Shown: one piece after another, positions 20,583 through 35,896 of the stretch
Layout: each line of letters begins with the position of its first letter
Numbering within the stretch: position 1 is the first letter of the stretch
Assembly: GCA_934754495.1 (NCBI GenBank)
Contig: CAKVHW010000004.1
Location: forward strand, 1,070 to 65,069
DNA: 64,000 nucleotides
Source of the DNA: an uncultured Clostridia bacterium
GTDB taxonomy: Bacteria; Bacillota; Clostridia; Christensenellales; UBA1242
Direction: 5' to 3'
Program-made: the position numbers and the translations under genes
The notes under the pieces: generated by a model
What the model saw: only the letters and a program-made list of their open reading frames with translations
Told to the model about the DNA's origin: nothing
The model's database searches: none

Positions 20583-20613
20583 TATAATATATTTTAATAG
20601 GAGGGCAATGCCA

Positions 20614-20922
20614 ATGGATAACTATGAAAAGCTAGAATTCAGGCTATATATGGGTGATATGGATTTTGGTTTGGCCGAAGCGAGCGAACACCGCAGAGCA
20701 TATCGTGATGCATTTACATACTATCAATCGGCAAAAAATTCTTACGAAAAAGCAAAGATCTGTGCAATTGCTGTTAAAGACGATGCCAAACATAGCTATG
20801 CAAAATCTCGCATTACAATTTGCAATAACAAAATATCAGAAAATATGTCACATTATAATGCGGTTAAGTCTGACGAACCAGGTTTTAAACAAAAAGACAA
20901 TTATATCGAATATACAAAATAA
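20614..20922 (+). CDS. Small TPR-like Cys/Tyr-rich protein, paralogue A (102 aa)
   Basis: ATG lies 9 nt after GGAGG. Contains AFTYYQSAKNSY ... CNNK. Hairpin terminator AAGGAA..TTCCTT plus T-run at ~20922-20950. Confidence 0.65.
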   Translation: MDNYEKLEFRLYMGDMDFGLAEASEHRRAYRDAFTYYQSAKNSYEKAKICAIAVKDDAKHSYAKSRITICNNKISENMSHYNAVKSDEPGFKQKDNYIEYTK

Positions 20923-21118
20923 GGAATTTTAAGTTCCTTATTTTTTTTGTCTTTTAAGGTCGTTATTTCTAAACAAATTAAAAAAATAACGTTTTTAAAT
21001 TTAATATGAAATCACTTAAATTAGAGTTGTTTACAATGTTTTAAATTGACGGGACCTTATTTAATAATAAAATATAATATAATAATAAAAATTCATTATT
21101 ATTTGTCAAAACACCCCC

Positions 21119-21147
21119 TTGACAGTGTTATTTATTCGTGTTAAACT
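21119..21147 (+). promoter_or_regulatory. Sigma-A promoter of the paralogue B-E operon
   Basis: TTGACA, 17-nt spacer, TG-n-TAAACT. Confidence 0.6.
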
Positions 21148-21172
21148 TTTTGTAAAGTTATAGGGTGGTGTG

Positions 21173-21511
21173 ATGATTATGTTTGGTAAAGAAGAATTAC
21201 GTAGAAATGTAAATGTAGCCGATGGATACATGACTTTGGCTGAAAAATACGAAAATGAAGCAAGAAAATATTATAATAGCGTTACAAGGCGAGAAAAAGA
21301 ACAAAAGGATAAAAATTTGTTGCAAGCGTCAAAGTTTTATACTGTTGCTAAGGAAAAATATTTTAATATTTTACAACCACTCAAAGAGAATCCTTGCGAA
21401 CTTGACAGAGTTTCTAAAGATTTAATTAAACATTGCAAGAAAAACTACAGAACATGTCGAGAAAGAGCTGATGCAATTAATCGTAACCTTATTGTTAGAG
21501 TTTTGGTGTAA
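21173..21511 (+). CDS. Small TPR-like Cys/Tyr-rich protein, paralogue B
   Basis: GGGTGGTG RBS; start is ambiguous (GTG 21170, ATG 21173 or 21179). Contains ASKFYTVAKEKY ... CKKN. Confidence 0.65.
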   Translation: MIMFGKEELRRNVNVADGYMTLAEKYENEARKYYNSVTRREKEQKDKNLLQASKFYTVAKEKYFNILQPLKENPCELDRVSKDLIKHCKKNYRTCRERADAINRNLIVRVLV

Positions 21512-21513
21512 TT

Positions 21514-21762
21514 ATGGATACAGTAAAATTTAATAATACCATGCACCAAGGCACTGTTTTTGAAAACATGGGCAACAATAACTTAAATAAAAACAAACCA
21601 GCCCAAGCCCTAAAATGCTACACAGTTGCACTTACATTTTATAAAAGAGCATCAAAACTTGCTAAAAATAACGAACAAAAAAACAAATCAAGCATAGCAA
21701 TAAATTCTTGCGAAAAATTAATACATTCTGTTGAAACAAAAAAGGACATTCATATTAAATAA
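21514..21762 (+). CDS. Small TPR-like protein, paralogue C (82 aa)
   Basis: ATG lies 2 nt after the stop of B. Contains FENMGNNNLNKNKPAQALKCYTVALTFYKRA ... CEKL. Confidence 0.65.
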   Translation: MDTVKFNNTMHQGTVFENMGNNNLNKNKPAQALKCYTVALTFYKRASKLAKNNEQKNKSSIAINSCEKLIHSVETKKDIHIK

Positions 21763-21772
21763 GGGGAATTTT

Positions 21773-22144
21773 ATGGATATTACAACACTATATTATAAGA
21801 AAAAAAGTATTGAAGCGCTTGAAAAAACGGCATCTCAAAACAAGGCGAGTGCTATAGACATGCAAAAAACTGGCGATTTAGTTTTGGCAAATAATCATAC
21901 TGAAGACCGCTTTAATGAGGCTAAGGTCTACTTTAATCTAGCTATCGATTTTTATAATGTTGCACTTTACGATTACATGAAAGCATATGCTTGTGCATAC
22001 GAACTTGATAATTTGGTGGATAAGGCTAGTTATATGGCAGAATGTGTTGAGTGTAAAAAGGGTATTGAAGTGTTAAATCGTGCTGTAAGATTTTGTGACG
22101 ATACCCTTAAAGCAAGACATGAAGATTTTTTAAAAACAAAATAA
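21773..22144 (+). CDS. Small TPR-like Cys/Tyr-rich protein, paralogue D
   Basis: ATG follows AAGGGGA. Contains AKVYFNLAIDFY ... CKKG. Confidence 0.65.
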   Translation: MDITTLYYKKKSIEALEKTASQNKASAIDMQKTGDLVLANNHTEDRFNEAKVYFNLAIDFYNVALYDYMKAYACAYELDNLVDKASYMAECVECKKGIEVLNRAVRFCDDTLKARHEDFLKTK

Positions 22145-22162
22145 AAAAAGGAAGAAACAATA

Positions 22163-22564
22163 ATGACTATTACACAATATTACGAAATAAAAAAAGAACT
22201 TAAAAAAACATTAAGGGATGCTAAAGCATATAAAAAATTAGCAACACATAATGAATTGTGTGGAATAGATGAATATGTTGATGCAAGCCTTAAATGCAAA
22301 AATGTTGCAAATAAGAAAGCCTACATGGATAGTATTAAATACTTGATTAACGAAAAATGCATTTCTAATGCCGAATTGTATTACACATATGCAGCCGAAG
22401 AATATCATTATGCAGTTTTAGATTCTAGAAATTTAAAACAAAAACCTGCAATAACTCAAAAATATATTGATGCTGAAGTATATTGTAATACCAAAGCGCA
22501 CGAAATGAAGGTATTACTTGCTGAGACTTTATATACTCGTGTTCCAGAAAAAACTACAAAGTAA
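22163..22564 (+). CDS. Small TPR-like Cys/Tyr-rich protein, paralogue E
   Basis: AAGGAAGA RBS. Contains AELYYTYAAEEY ... CNTK. Terminator ACACAAGGAAGAATTCTTGTGT plus T-run at ~22583-22612. Confidence 0.65.
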   Translation: MTITQYYEIKKELKKTLRDAKAYKKLATHNELCGIDEYVDASLKCKNVANKKAYMDSIKYLINEKCISNAELYYTYAAEEYHYAVLDSRNLKQKPAITQKYIDAEVYCNTKAHEMKVLLAETLYTRVPEKTTK

Positions 22565-22658
22565 TTTAATTATAAATTTAAAAACACAAGGAAGAATTCT
22601 TGTGTTTTTTTGTTGTAAAAAATTCTACAAAATTTTTAAAAATTTTTGACATAAACAC

Positions 22659-22688
22659 TTGACAACTACATATAATAGGTACTAGAAT
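22659..22688 (+). promoter_or_regulatory. Sigma-A promoter of the hrcA-grpE-dnaK-dnaJ operon
   Basis: TTGACA (22659-22664), 18-nt spacer, TAGAAT. An alternative is TTGACA at 22646 with TATAAT at 22671. Confidence 0.55.
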
Positions 22689-22692
22689 AGTG

Positions 22693-22719
22693 CTAGCAGT
22701 CTAGAAAGTAGAGTGCTAA
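22693..22719 (+). promoter_or_regulatory. CIRCE operator (HrcA binding site)
   Basis: CTAGCAGTC-N9-GAGTGCTAA versus the consensus TTAGCACTC-N9-GAGTGCTAA. Lies directly between the promoter and hrcA. Confidence 0.8.
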
Positions 22720-22752
22720 CAGATAAAACAACAAACTGCTAAAAGGAGGCTT

Positions 22753-23820
22753 ATGAAAAGTACAGAACGTGATAGTTTTGAACTAAGCGACCGAAAAAAG
22801 TCACTTTTGCTTGGAGCGGTTGAAAGTTACATTGAAAATGCTCTTCCAATCACAAGTGAAAAGGTTCAAAGTAATTTGTTTACGAGCCTATCTAGTGCAA
22901 CGCTTAGAAATGAGCTTTCCACATTGGAAGAACTTGGCTACTTAAAACAACTTCACACATCTTCTGGTAGAGTACCAACAACTAAAGCTTATAGATATTA
23001 TGTTAACAACTTAATATCAAGCAAAAGTTTTGATAAAAAGATGTTAAAAAGTGTTAAGAAAAAATTTGAAGACCGTAGTTCGTTTTTGCTAGACACAATA
23101 GATTGCCTTGCTAAAAAGATTGGCGAAATTGTAGAATATCCAGTTTTTGTTTCGGCAAAAGGATATGAAGAACTTATTATTAAAGCAATCAATATAATTC
23201 CGCTTATCACAGGTCAGGCACTTGTGTTAATCCAAACAAACGAAGGTATTATTAACAACACTATTCACCTTGAAAAGGGTGTGACCGAAGAACATTGTAA
23301 AGACGCAAGCAAGTTTTTAACCAACAACTTCTACAACAAACGTGTTGCTGATATGCTAGAAAATTTTGATTATTATAACAATATGTTTAAAAATCAAATC
23401 AAGTACTTTAATGATTTGTTTACTCAACTTATTAATGTATTAAGCCAGTTTGTAGAAAATGGCACACTAACAGTTGAGAAAGGTAGCACCGATAAATTAC
23501 TTGAAAAGGCAAACATGCAAGACCTTGACAGTGCTAAAAAGTTTTTAAGAGTGGTTGAAAATGAAAACGAGATTAAGCATATCATCAACAAAATTGATGA
23601 ACAGACCGATAGCGACATAGTATTTTCAATTGGTGATGAAAACAAGGACGAAAATATTAGTGATTATAGCATAATTAAAGCAAACTACCATATGCCAAAT
23701 GGTATAACTGCCAGCATTGGTGTGGTTGGACCCGAACGTATGGATTATGCTAAAATTGCATCAGCATTAAAGTATGTTGTTGATGAAATAACCAACACAA
23801 AAGGAGATAATGATGAGTAA
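22753..23820 (+). CDS. hrcA: Heat-inducible transcription repressor HrcA
   Basis: LSDRKKSLLLGAVESYIENALPITSE, SSATLRNELSTLEELGYL..HTSSGRVPT. CIRCE upstream and grpE downstream. Confidence 0.92.
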   Translation: MKSTERDSFELSDRKKSLLLGAVESYIENALPITSEKVQSNLFTSLSSATLRNELSTLEELGYLKQLHTSSGRVPTTKAYRYYVNNLISSKSFDKKMLKSVKKKFEDRSSFLLDTIDCLAKKIGEIVEYPVFVSAKGYEELIIKAINIIPLITGQALVLIQTNEGIINNTIHLEKGVTEEHCKDASKFLTNNFYNKRVADMLENFDYYNNMFKNQIKYFNDLFTQLINVLSQFVENGTLTVEKGSTDKLLEKANMQDLDSAKKFLRVVENENEIKHIINKIDEQTDSDIVFSIGDENKDENISDYSIIKANYHMPNGITASIGVVGPERMDYAKIASALKYVVDEITNTKGDNDE

Positions 23821-24325
23821 AGAACATAAATGCAATTGCGGTTGCGAGCACGAACATCATGATGAGCATAAGCACGATACATGCAATTGTAATTCAAATA
23901 CATGCGCAAGTAAAGAACAAGAATATCTAGAACTTGCCCAAAGAATTAAAGCAGAATTTGAAAATTACAAACGCCGTAATGCCGAAATCACATCAATAAG
24001 TTTTAATAATGGTGTTGTTTCAACAATTACAAAACTTCTTCCAGCAATAGATAGTTTTAATCAAGCAAAAGCAAATATTAAAGATGAAGATACCTTGGTT
24101 GGCTTAAACTTGATTTTAAACAATATTCTAACTGCTTTTAGCGAGCTTGGAGTAGAAAAAATAGACGCAGTTGGTAAGGAATTTGACCCCAATTTACACA
24201 ATGCAATTTTGACTGGCAAAGACGAAACAAAGCCAGAAGGAATTGTGCTTGAAGAATATCAACAAGGATTTAAACTAAGAGATAGGGTAATCCGCCATAG
24301 CGTTGTAAAAATTAATAAATATTGA
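23810..24325 (+). CDS. grpE: Nucleotide exchange factor GrpE with a Cys/His-rich N-terminal tail
   Basis: AEFENYKRRNAE, FDPNLHNAI, GFKLRDRVIRHSVVKI. The first ~33 aa are KCNCGCEHEHHDEHKHDTCNCNSNTC. Confidence 0.9.
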   Translation: MMSKEHKCNCGCEHEHHDEHKHDTCNCNSNTCASKEQEYLELAQRIKAEFENYKRRNAEITSISFNNGVVSTITKLLPAIDSFNQAKANIKDEDTLVGLNLILNNILTAFSELGVEKIDAVGKEFDPNLHNAILTGKDETKPEGIVLEEYQQGFKLRDRVIRHSVVKINKY

Positions 24326-24380
24326 TTTTTCTTGATGTTTTCTAATAAAAATATCAAATTTAAATATACAAATTAATTAA

Positions 24381-26228
<1,848 letters not shown>

Positions 26229-26246
26229 TGACTAATTAAAGTACTT

Positions 26247-26274
26247 AAAGTCGCTAATTCTAGCGACTTTAAAG
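26247..26274 (+). other. Intercistronic hairpin between dnaK and dnaJ
   Basis: AAAGTCGCTA / TAGCGACTTT perfect stem without a clear T-run. Probably a processing or partial-attenuation element. Confidence 0.5.
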
Positions 26275-26295
26275 TATTTTCTAAAAGGAATATAA

Positions 26296-27417
26296 ATGGC
26301 AAAAAATTATTATGATGTTTTGGGTGTAGATAAAAACGCAAGTGCTGATGAGATTAAAAGCGCTTACAGAAAACTTGCTAAAAAATATCACCCTGACCTA
26401 AACAAAGATAATCCCGAAGCCGCTGAAAAATTTAAGGAAGTAAACGAAGCATACGAGTGTTTGGGCGACCAACAAAAACGTAGCAACTACGACCAATTTG
26501 GCAGTGCAGATGGTAATCCAGGCGGATTTTCTGGCTTTGGCAATGGTGCTGGTGGTTTTGGCGGAAGTTTTAATATGGACGACATCTTTAATATGTTTAC
26601 AGGTTTTGGCGGTGGTCAAACTGCTAATATGGGGCTTCGTGGCGATGATTTGCAAGTTCAAATTAGTTTGACGTTTGAAGAAGCTGTTTTTGGTTGTACC
26701 AAAACTTTTAACATTAATCGTGTTGAAGCATGCAGTAAGTGTAATGGTACTGGTGCAAAAAATGGCACTGAATTTACTACATGTAGTGAGTGCGGTGGCA
26801 CAGGTATAGCTAGATATGCCGAAAACACATTGTTTGGTAGGGTAGTTAAAACTGGTCCTTGCCGTCGTTGTAATGGAACAGGTAAAATTATTAAAGAAAC
26901 ATGTAGTGAGTGTAGTGGCAGTGGTAAAAAACGTGTTAATGCACAAGTTAGTGTAAATATTCCAGCAGGTATTGATGATGGTCAAGTAATTACAATGCGT
27001 GGCAAAGGTAATGCAGGTAGTCGTGGCGGTCAAGATGGTGATTTGCATATTATTGTTAAAGTTGCTCCACACAAAATTTTGGTACGTGACGGCTATGACC
27101 TTAACCTAAAACTTTATGTACCTTTCTATACTTTGCTTTTGGGCGGAGAAGTTGAAATTCCACTTCCTAAGGGAACAACAACTTTAAAGATTCCAGAACT
27201 AACACAAAGTAATACAATATTCAAGTTAAAGGGTAAGGGTATTAAAAACCTTAACTCGTCAGCTGTTGGAAACCTTGTTGTTACGGTTGTTGCCGAAACA
27301 CCTAAAAAACTTTCTAAAGACGAAAAGGAAATGCTAGCAAAATTAAAGGATAGTCTTGGTGATGAGGATTTTGCTAGATACAAAAATTACAAAAAAGATA
27401 TCTCTAATCTAAAATAA
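26296..27417 (+). CDS. dnaJ: Co-chaperone DnaJ
   Basis: J domain with YHPD, a G/F region, and four CxxCxGxG zinc-finger repeats. Confidence 0.96.
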   Translation: MAKNYYDVLGVDKNASADEIKSAYRKLAKKYHPDLNKDNPEAAEKFKEVNEAYECLGDQQKRSNYDQFGSADGNPGGFSGFGNGAGGFGGSFNMDDIFNMFTGFGGGQTANMGLRGDDLQVQISLTFEEAVFGCTKTFNINRVEACSKCNGTGAKNGTEFTTCSECGGTGIARYAENTLFGRVVKTGPCRRCNGTGKIIKETCSECSGSGKKRVNAQVSVNIPAGIDDGQVITMRGKGNAGSRGGQDGDLHIIVKVAPHKILVRDGYDLNLKLYVPFYTLLLGGEVEIPLPKGTTTLKIPELTQSNTIFKLKGKGIKNLNSSAVGNLVVTVVAETPKKLSKDEKEMLAKLKDSLGDEDFARYKNYKKDISNLK

Positions 27418-27564
27418 ACAAAAACCAAGAATAAGGGTGCAATAAACCCTTATTTTTTTGTTTTGTATTTTTTAAGTACAGTAGTCGAAAATTGTCGGTT
27501 TTTGAAATTAAGGTATTGTAATTAGTGGTCAAATATGGTATTATTTAACCAAGGAGAATTGAAT

Positions 27565-28257
27565 ATGAAATTTGTAAAAGCTAAAAGCGATTTTTTATTA
27601 GGAAAGTACTTAGAAAGTGCTAAAAATATTACTACTGTAGAACATGACGGCAAAACATATCTTGCATCGGAAGATTGGGGTGACAACAATATTTATATCA
27701 CTAAAAAACAACTTGCCAATCGTGAAATTTTACGTACAATTATTGGTAAGGGCTCACCTGAAATAATGAGATATGCCAGCAACTCGGTTTTAACTGACTT
27801 TAATGCAATGGAAGATTTTGTAGAACAAAACATACGTACTTTTGCATATTTTGACTACAACCATGCACGTAATTGTTCAGATGCACAGTTATTGCAGTTT
27901 GTGTTAAATAAGGTTGAAGAAGACCCAACAATTATTTTGGATAGAATGAAATATATTAACAAGTGCGAAGCCGACCGAAACTGTGATTTTGTGCTTACAA
28001 ATAATAAAATATTAGGTTGTTCTCTAAACAAACTTGTAAAAGGTTCATATCCATTTGAAATTTTAGATAATTTGAGTTATCAAAATACTTTTAAAGAAGT
28101 GTATGCAGGTTTTATGTATGATAATCCATCATATTCGATGATTGCATATGCCGAGTTAAGTAATAACAAAAAATTAGATAAAAGGTTTAATGATATAGAA
28201 AACATGAAAAACCTACTAAATGAAACCTATGCAATGGGAAAGGTAAACATTAAATAA
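27565..28257 (+). CDS. Hypothetical protein (230 aa) occupying the usual prmA position
   Basis: AAGGAG RBS and its own terminator AGCTTGA..TCAAGCT plus T-run. No SAM-binding or other motif seen. Confidence 0.65.
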   Translation: MKFVKAKSDFLLGKYLESAKNITTVEHDGKTYLASEDWGDNNIYITKKQLANREILRTIIGKGSPEIMRYASNSVLTDFNAMEDFVEQNIRTFAYFDYNHARNCSDAQLLQFVLNKVEEDPTIILDRMKYINKCEADRNCDFVLTNNKILGCSLNKLVKGSYPFEILDNLSYQNTFKEVYAGFMYDNPSYSMIAYAELSNNKKLDKRFNDIENMKNLLNETYAMGKVNIK

Positions 28258-28339
28258 GAGCTTGATTTTCAAGCTTTTATTTTTTTAATATAGTAAATTA
28301 ATTGTTGAAGAAATTTTCAAATTGATATATAATGATGCT

Positions 28340-29068
28340 ATGAAAAGATTTTATGTAGATAAGTCACAACTTAACAACAATCAAGTAGTTTTAGATGGTA
28401 GCGAACACAACCACCTAAAAAATGTTTTGCGTCTTAATGAAGGTGAAGAAGTAATTGTTGTTTGTGGTGATGAATTTGATTACATTTGTAAAATATCAAA
28501 AATTGCTAAAAATAACACCTTGTTAGAAGTTGTAAGTAAAAGCGAAAATACTTACAATCCTAAAGCCGATGTGACGGTTTTTCAAGCCCTAACAAAGTCG
28601 GAAAATATGAGCCTAATTGTACAAAAACTTAACGAACTTGGTGTGAAAACTTTTGTACCATTTGAAAGTAGATACATTACAAGCAAAGATAAGTTTAACA
28701 AACAAGACAAACTTCAAACAGTGGCAAACCAAAGTGTAAAACAATGTAAACGAAGCATTCCAATGCATGTAGAAAAAACACTTTCTTTTGCTAAGTTGGT
28801 GGAAAGTTTAAGCGGTTTTGATGTTGTGATTTTCGCAAACGAAACTGAAAAAACAAAGAATTTAAAAGACGTTAAATTTTCGCATGAAAATAAGGTTGCA
28901 ATAATTGTGGGCAGTGAAGGCGGATTTAGCGAAGACGAAATAAAAGAAATCGAAAAACAACCTAATGCAACTAGTGTTAGCCTTGGCAAACGTATTTTGC
29001 GTGCCGAAACAGCCAGCATAGCACTTACAGGGGTTGTTATGTATTTAATGGACGAGTGGAATATATGA
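28340..29068 (+). CDS. rsmE: 16S rRNA (uracil1498-N3)-methyltransferase
   Basis: MKRFYV start, IIVGSEGGFSEDEI, LGKRILRAETA. ATGA overlap with mtaB. Confidence 0.88.
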   Translation: MKRFYVDKSQLNNNQVVLDGSEHNHLKNVLRLNEGEEVIVVCGDEFDYICKISKIAKNNTLLEVVSKSENTYNPKADVTVFQALTKSENMSLIVQKLNELGVKTFVPFESRYITSKDKFNKQDKLQTVANQSVKQCKRSIPMHVEKTLSFAKLVESLSGFDVVIFANETEKTKNLKDVKFSHENKVAIIVGSEGGFSEDEIKEIEKQPNATSVSLGKRILRAETASIALTGVVMYLMDEWNI

Positions 29069-30300
29069 AATTTAAAGTAATCACCTTAGGGTGTAAAATG
29101 AATAAATACGAAAGCGATGCAATTACAAGCAAACTTATAGATAATGGTTATACGTTGTCGGACGATGATGTGGCGGACATTTACATTATAAACACATGTG
29201 CCGTAACAGCCGAAAGTGAGAAAAAAAGCCGTCAGTATGTTGCAAAATGCCTTAGTCATAATCCAAATGCTAAAATTGTCGTTTGTGGTTGTGCCAGCCA
29301 AAACAACATCGAACAATTTAAAAACAAACCAAATGTTTTTAGTGTAATTGGCACCGAAGGAAAACAAAACATTCTTGATATTATTGAAAAACCAGTGTTT
29401 ACAACATACGAATTTTCAACTTGCTATGAAAGTATAGAATCGCCAAAAGTGACTACAAATAGGGCTTTTTTGAAAATCCAAGACGGCTGTAACAACTTTT
29501 GCAACTATTGTCTTATTCCATACCTTCGTGGTAGAAGTCGTAGCCGAGATATTCCGTCAATTGTTGGCGAGGCTGAAAAACTATCACTTACTTGCAAGGA
29601 AATTGTTGTAAGCGGAATTGATATAAGCAGTTTTAGCCCATCACTTCCACAACTTATGAGAGAGCTTGCACATATTAAAAGCCGTATTAGATTAGGAAGT
29701 TTGGAAGTAAACGTTATTACAAAAGAACTTTTAGAAACTCTAAAAGCAATGCCAAACTTTTGTCCGCAATTCCATCTAAGTCTTCAAAGTGGTAGTAATA
29801 GTGTGTTAAAGCGAATGAATAGGCATTATACAGCCGAACAATTTTTAGAAAAAGTTCAACTTATTAGGTCTTATTTTCCAATTGCAAATATCACTACCGA
29901 TATTATTGTTGGTTTTGCAATGGAAACCGAAGAAGAATTTTTAGAAACAGTAAATTTTGTAAAACTTGCAAAGTTTGGTGATGCACATATCTTCCCATAT
30001 AGTGTACGAAAAGGCACTGTTGCTAGCAAGTTGTATAAGGAAGATTTACCACTAAAAGTGAAAAAACAACGTGTAAATGACCTTGAAAAAGTGGTTGAAG
30101 AATGTAAACACAACTACATAAATCAGTTTGTGGGACATAAGTTTACTGTGCTTACCGAAGATCATGAAGCAGGTTATGTTGTGGGGTATAGCGAAAATTA
30201 TATTAAGTTTTATTTGCCACAAGACACCAAAACTGATAAACTAGTAGTAGTAAAACTAGTAGAACCTTTGCTAGATGGCGCAAAAGGTGAACTTGTTTAA
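29065..30300 (+). CDS. mtaB: tRNA (N6-threonylcarbamoyladenosine-2)-methylthiotransferase MtaB
   Basis: TLGCKMN UPF0004 N-domain, radical SAM CNNFCNYCLIP, C-terminal TRAM-like domain. Synteny after rsmE. Confidence 0.88.
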   Translation: MKFKVITLGCKMNKYESDAITSKLIDNGYTLSDDDVADIYIINTCAVTAESEKKSRQYVAKCLSHNPNAKIVVCGCASQNNIEQFKNKPNVFSVIGTEGKQNILDIIEKPVFTTYEFSTCYESIESPKVTTNRAFLKIQDGCNNFCNYCLIPYLRGRSRSRDIPSIVGEAEKLSLTCKEIVVSGIDISSFSPSLPQLMRELAHIKSRIRLGSLEVNVITKELLETLKAMPNFCPQFHLSLQSGSNSVLKRMNRHYTAEQFLEKVQLIRSYFPIANITTDIIVGFAMETEEEFLETVNFVKLAKFGDAHIFPYSVRKGTVASKLYKEDLPLKVKKQRVNDLEKVVEECKHNYINQFVGHKFTVLTEDHEAGYVVGYSENYIKFYLPQDTKTDKLVVVKLVEPLLDGAKGELV

Positions 30301-30311
30301 AGGAGTATAAA

Positions 30312-30653
30312 ATGGAAGATTGTTTGTTTTGCAAAATGATAAATGGTGAAATTCAAACACAAAAAGTGTACGAAGATGATCTAATGATTATTATTAAAGA
30401 TATTGCACCAAAAGCACCCTTGCATTTTCTTGCAATTCCTAAAAAGCACTATAAATTTTTGATTGAACAACGTGATGATGATATGGTTAATTTAGGCAAA
30501 ATTCTTAACAAAATTTCAAAATTAAGCACCGAACTTGGTTTATATAACGGCTACAGGCTTATTATAAATCAGGGCGATGATGCTGGTCAAAGTGTTCCGC
30601 ATTTGCATGTTCATATTTTAGCTGGCAAGCAAATGGATTGGAATCCAGCATAA
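30312..30653 (+). CDS. HIT family nucleotide hydrolase
   Basis: CLFCKMI and the histidine triad VPHLHVHIL. Confidence 0.9.
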   Translation: MEDCLFCKMINGEIQTQKVYEDDLMIIIKDIAPKAPLHFLAIPKKHYKFLIEQRDDDMVNLGKILNKISKLSTELGLYNGYRLIINQGDDAGQSVPHLHVHILAGKQMDWNPA

Positions 30654-30668
30654 ATTTGCGATAAATGG

Positions 30669-30696
30669 TTGACAAAAGCCAATTTTTTCGTATAAT
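30669..30696 (+). promoter_or_regulatory. Sigma-A promoter of rpsU
   Basis: TTGACA, 16-nt spacer, TATAAT. Confidence 0.6.
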
Positions 30697-30735
30697 AATA
30701 CTAGTAATTTGATATAAAAGTGGGTGAATTAGGTA

Positions 30736-30918
30736 ATGTCAACAGTTAGAGTTGGTGAAACAGAAAGCGTTGAAAGCGCTATCAAACGTTTCAAACGTAA
30801 ATGTCAAAAAGACGGCATCATTGGCGATTTAAGAAAACACGAACAATACGAAAAGCCAAGTGTAAAACGTAAAAAGAAACAAAAAGCAGCTATTAAAAGA
30901 AACAAAAAAAATAGATAA
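30736..30918 (+). CDS. rpsU: 30S ribosomal protein S21
   Basis: [24 protein letters not shown]...YEKPS.KRK. Confidence 0.93.
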   Translation: MSTVRVGETESVESAIKRFKRKCQKDGIIGDLRKHEQYEKPSVKRKKKQKAAIKRNKKNR

Positions 30919-31049
30919 CAAAATATGATAACTATTTCAAAAAAGTGCCAATAATCGACACTTTTTTGTTTTTTTAGTATATGCATATACTATGAAAAAT
31001 CACTCCCCAAATGGTATAATTTTAATAAATACAAAAGGGAAGTGATAAT

Positions 31050-31433
31050 ATGAAAAACGATAACAATTTAAAAAGACTAGCAAGCCTTGCTAAACAACGA
31101 ATGAAAGAAGGTAATTATTCTGCCACCCAGATTAGAAATAATATAAAAACAAAACCTAGTGATTACTTTTATCAAAATGCTCTTGCACTTAAAAGACATA
31201 AGGTTAAGGCAGAGTTTGTTACAATAGACCAATTGGACGTGAAGTTTGAAAACAAGGTTATGTCATTAATTGAAAGTGGCGAAACCTTATTTAATCCTAT
31301 TGGCAAACTTGTAGATAAGAGCTATTTTAATACCCTTAATGAATATGAAAAACAACATTATATTTTGTCGCTATGTGAAAAGTACAATCGCATAAAAGAA
31401 AAGTATGATTTGTCATTACAAAAAATTAGTTAA
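31050..31433 (+). CDS. Hypothetical protein (127 aa)
   Basis: GGGAAGTG RBS. Terminator ATTTCCATA / TATGGAAAT plus T-run directly after. Confidence 0.6.
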   Translation: MKNDNNLKRLASLAKQRMKEGNYSATQIRNNIKTKPSDYFYQNALALKRHKVKAEFVTIDQLDVKFENKVMSLIESGETLFNPIGKLVDKSYFNTLNEYEKQHYILSLCEKYNRIKEKYDLSLQKIS

Positions 31434-31519
31434 TTTCCATATAATTATGGAAATTTTTTTATTATATTTTGAAAGTTACAAGCGGTGTGATATAATACTC
31501 TAGATAATTAGGAGTTAAA

Positions 31520-35819
<4,300 letters not shown>

Positions 35820-35896
35820 TATTATTAAATAATGTTGAAATTTTTGTTTTGATGTGATAAAATATTTTTGTATTAAATTTAAGGAGATGACATTTT

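Noticed and set aside
20654-20932. 92-aa ORF in an alternative frame over paralogue A, plus the long N-terminal extension of the 20515 ORF into hemW
   Set aside because: There is no RBS. The GGAGG-supported ATG at 20614 gives a protein that aligns with four neighbouring paralogues. The extension would read through the promoter.
26398-27072. 224-aa antisense ORF inside dnaJ
   Set aside because: It lies fully within the well-supported dnaJ gene. The open frame is a by-product of the Gly/Cys-rich GGT/TGT codon runs on the sense strand. There is no RBS and the composition is implausible (T/C/N/F-rich).
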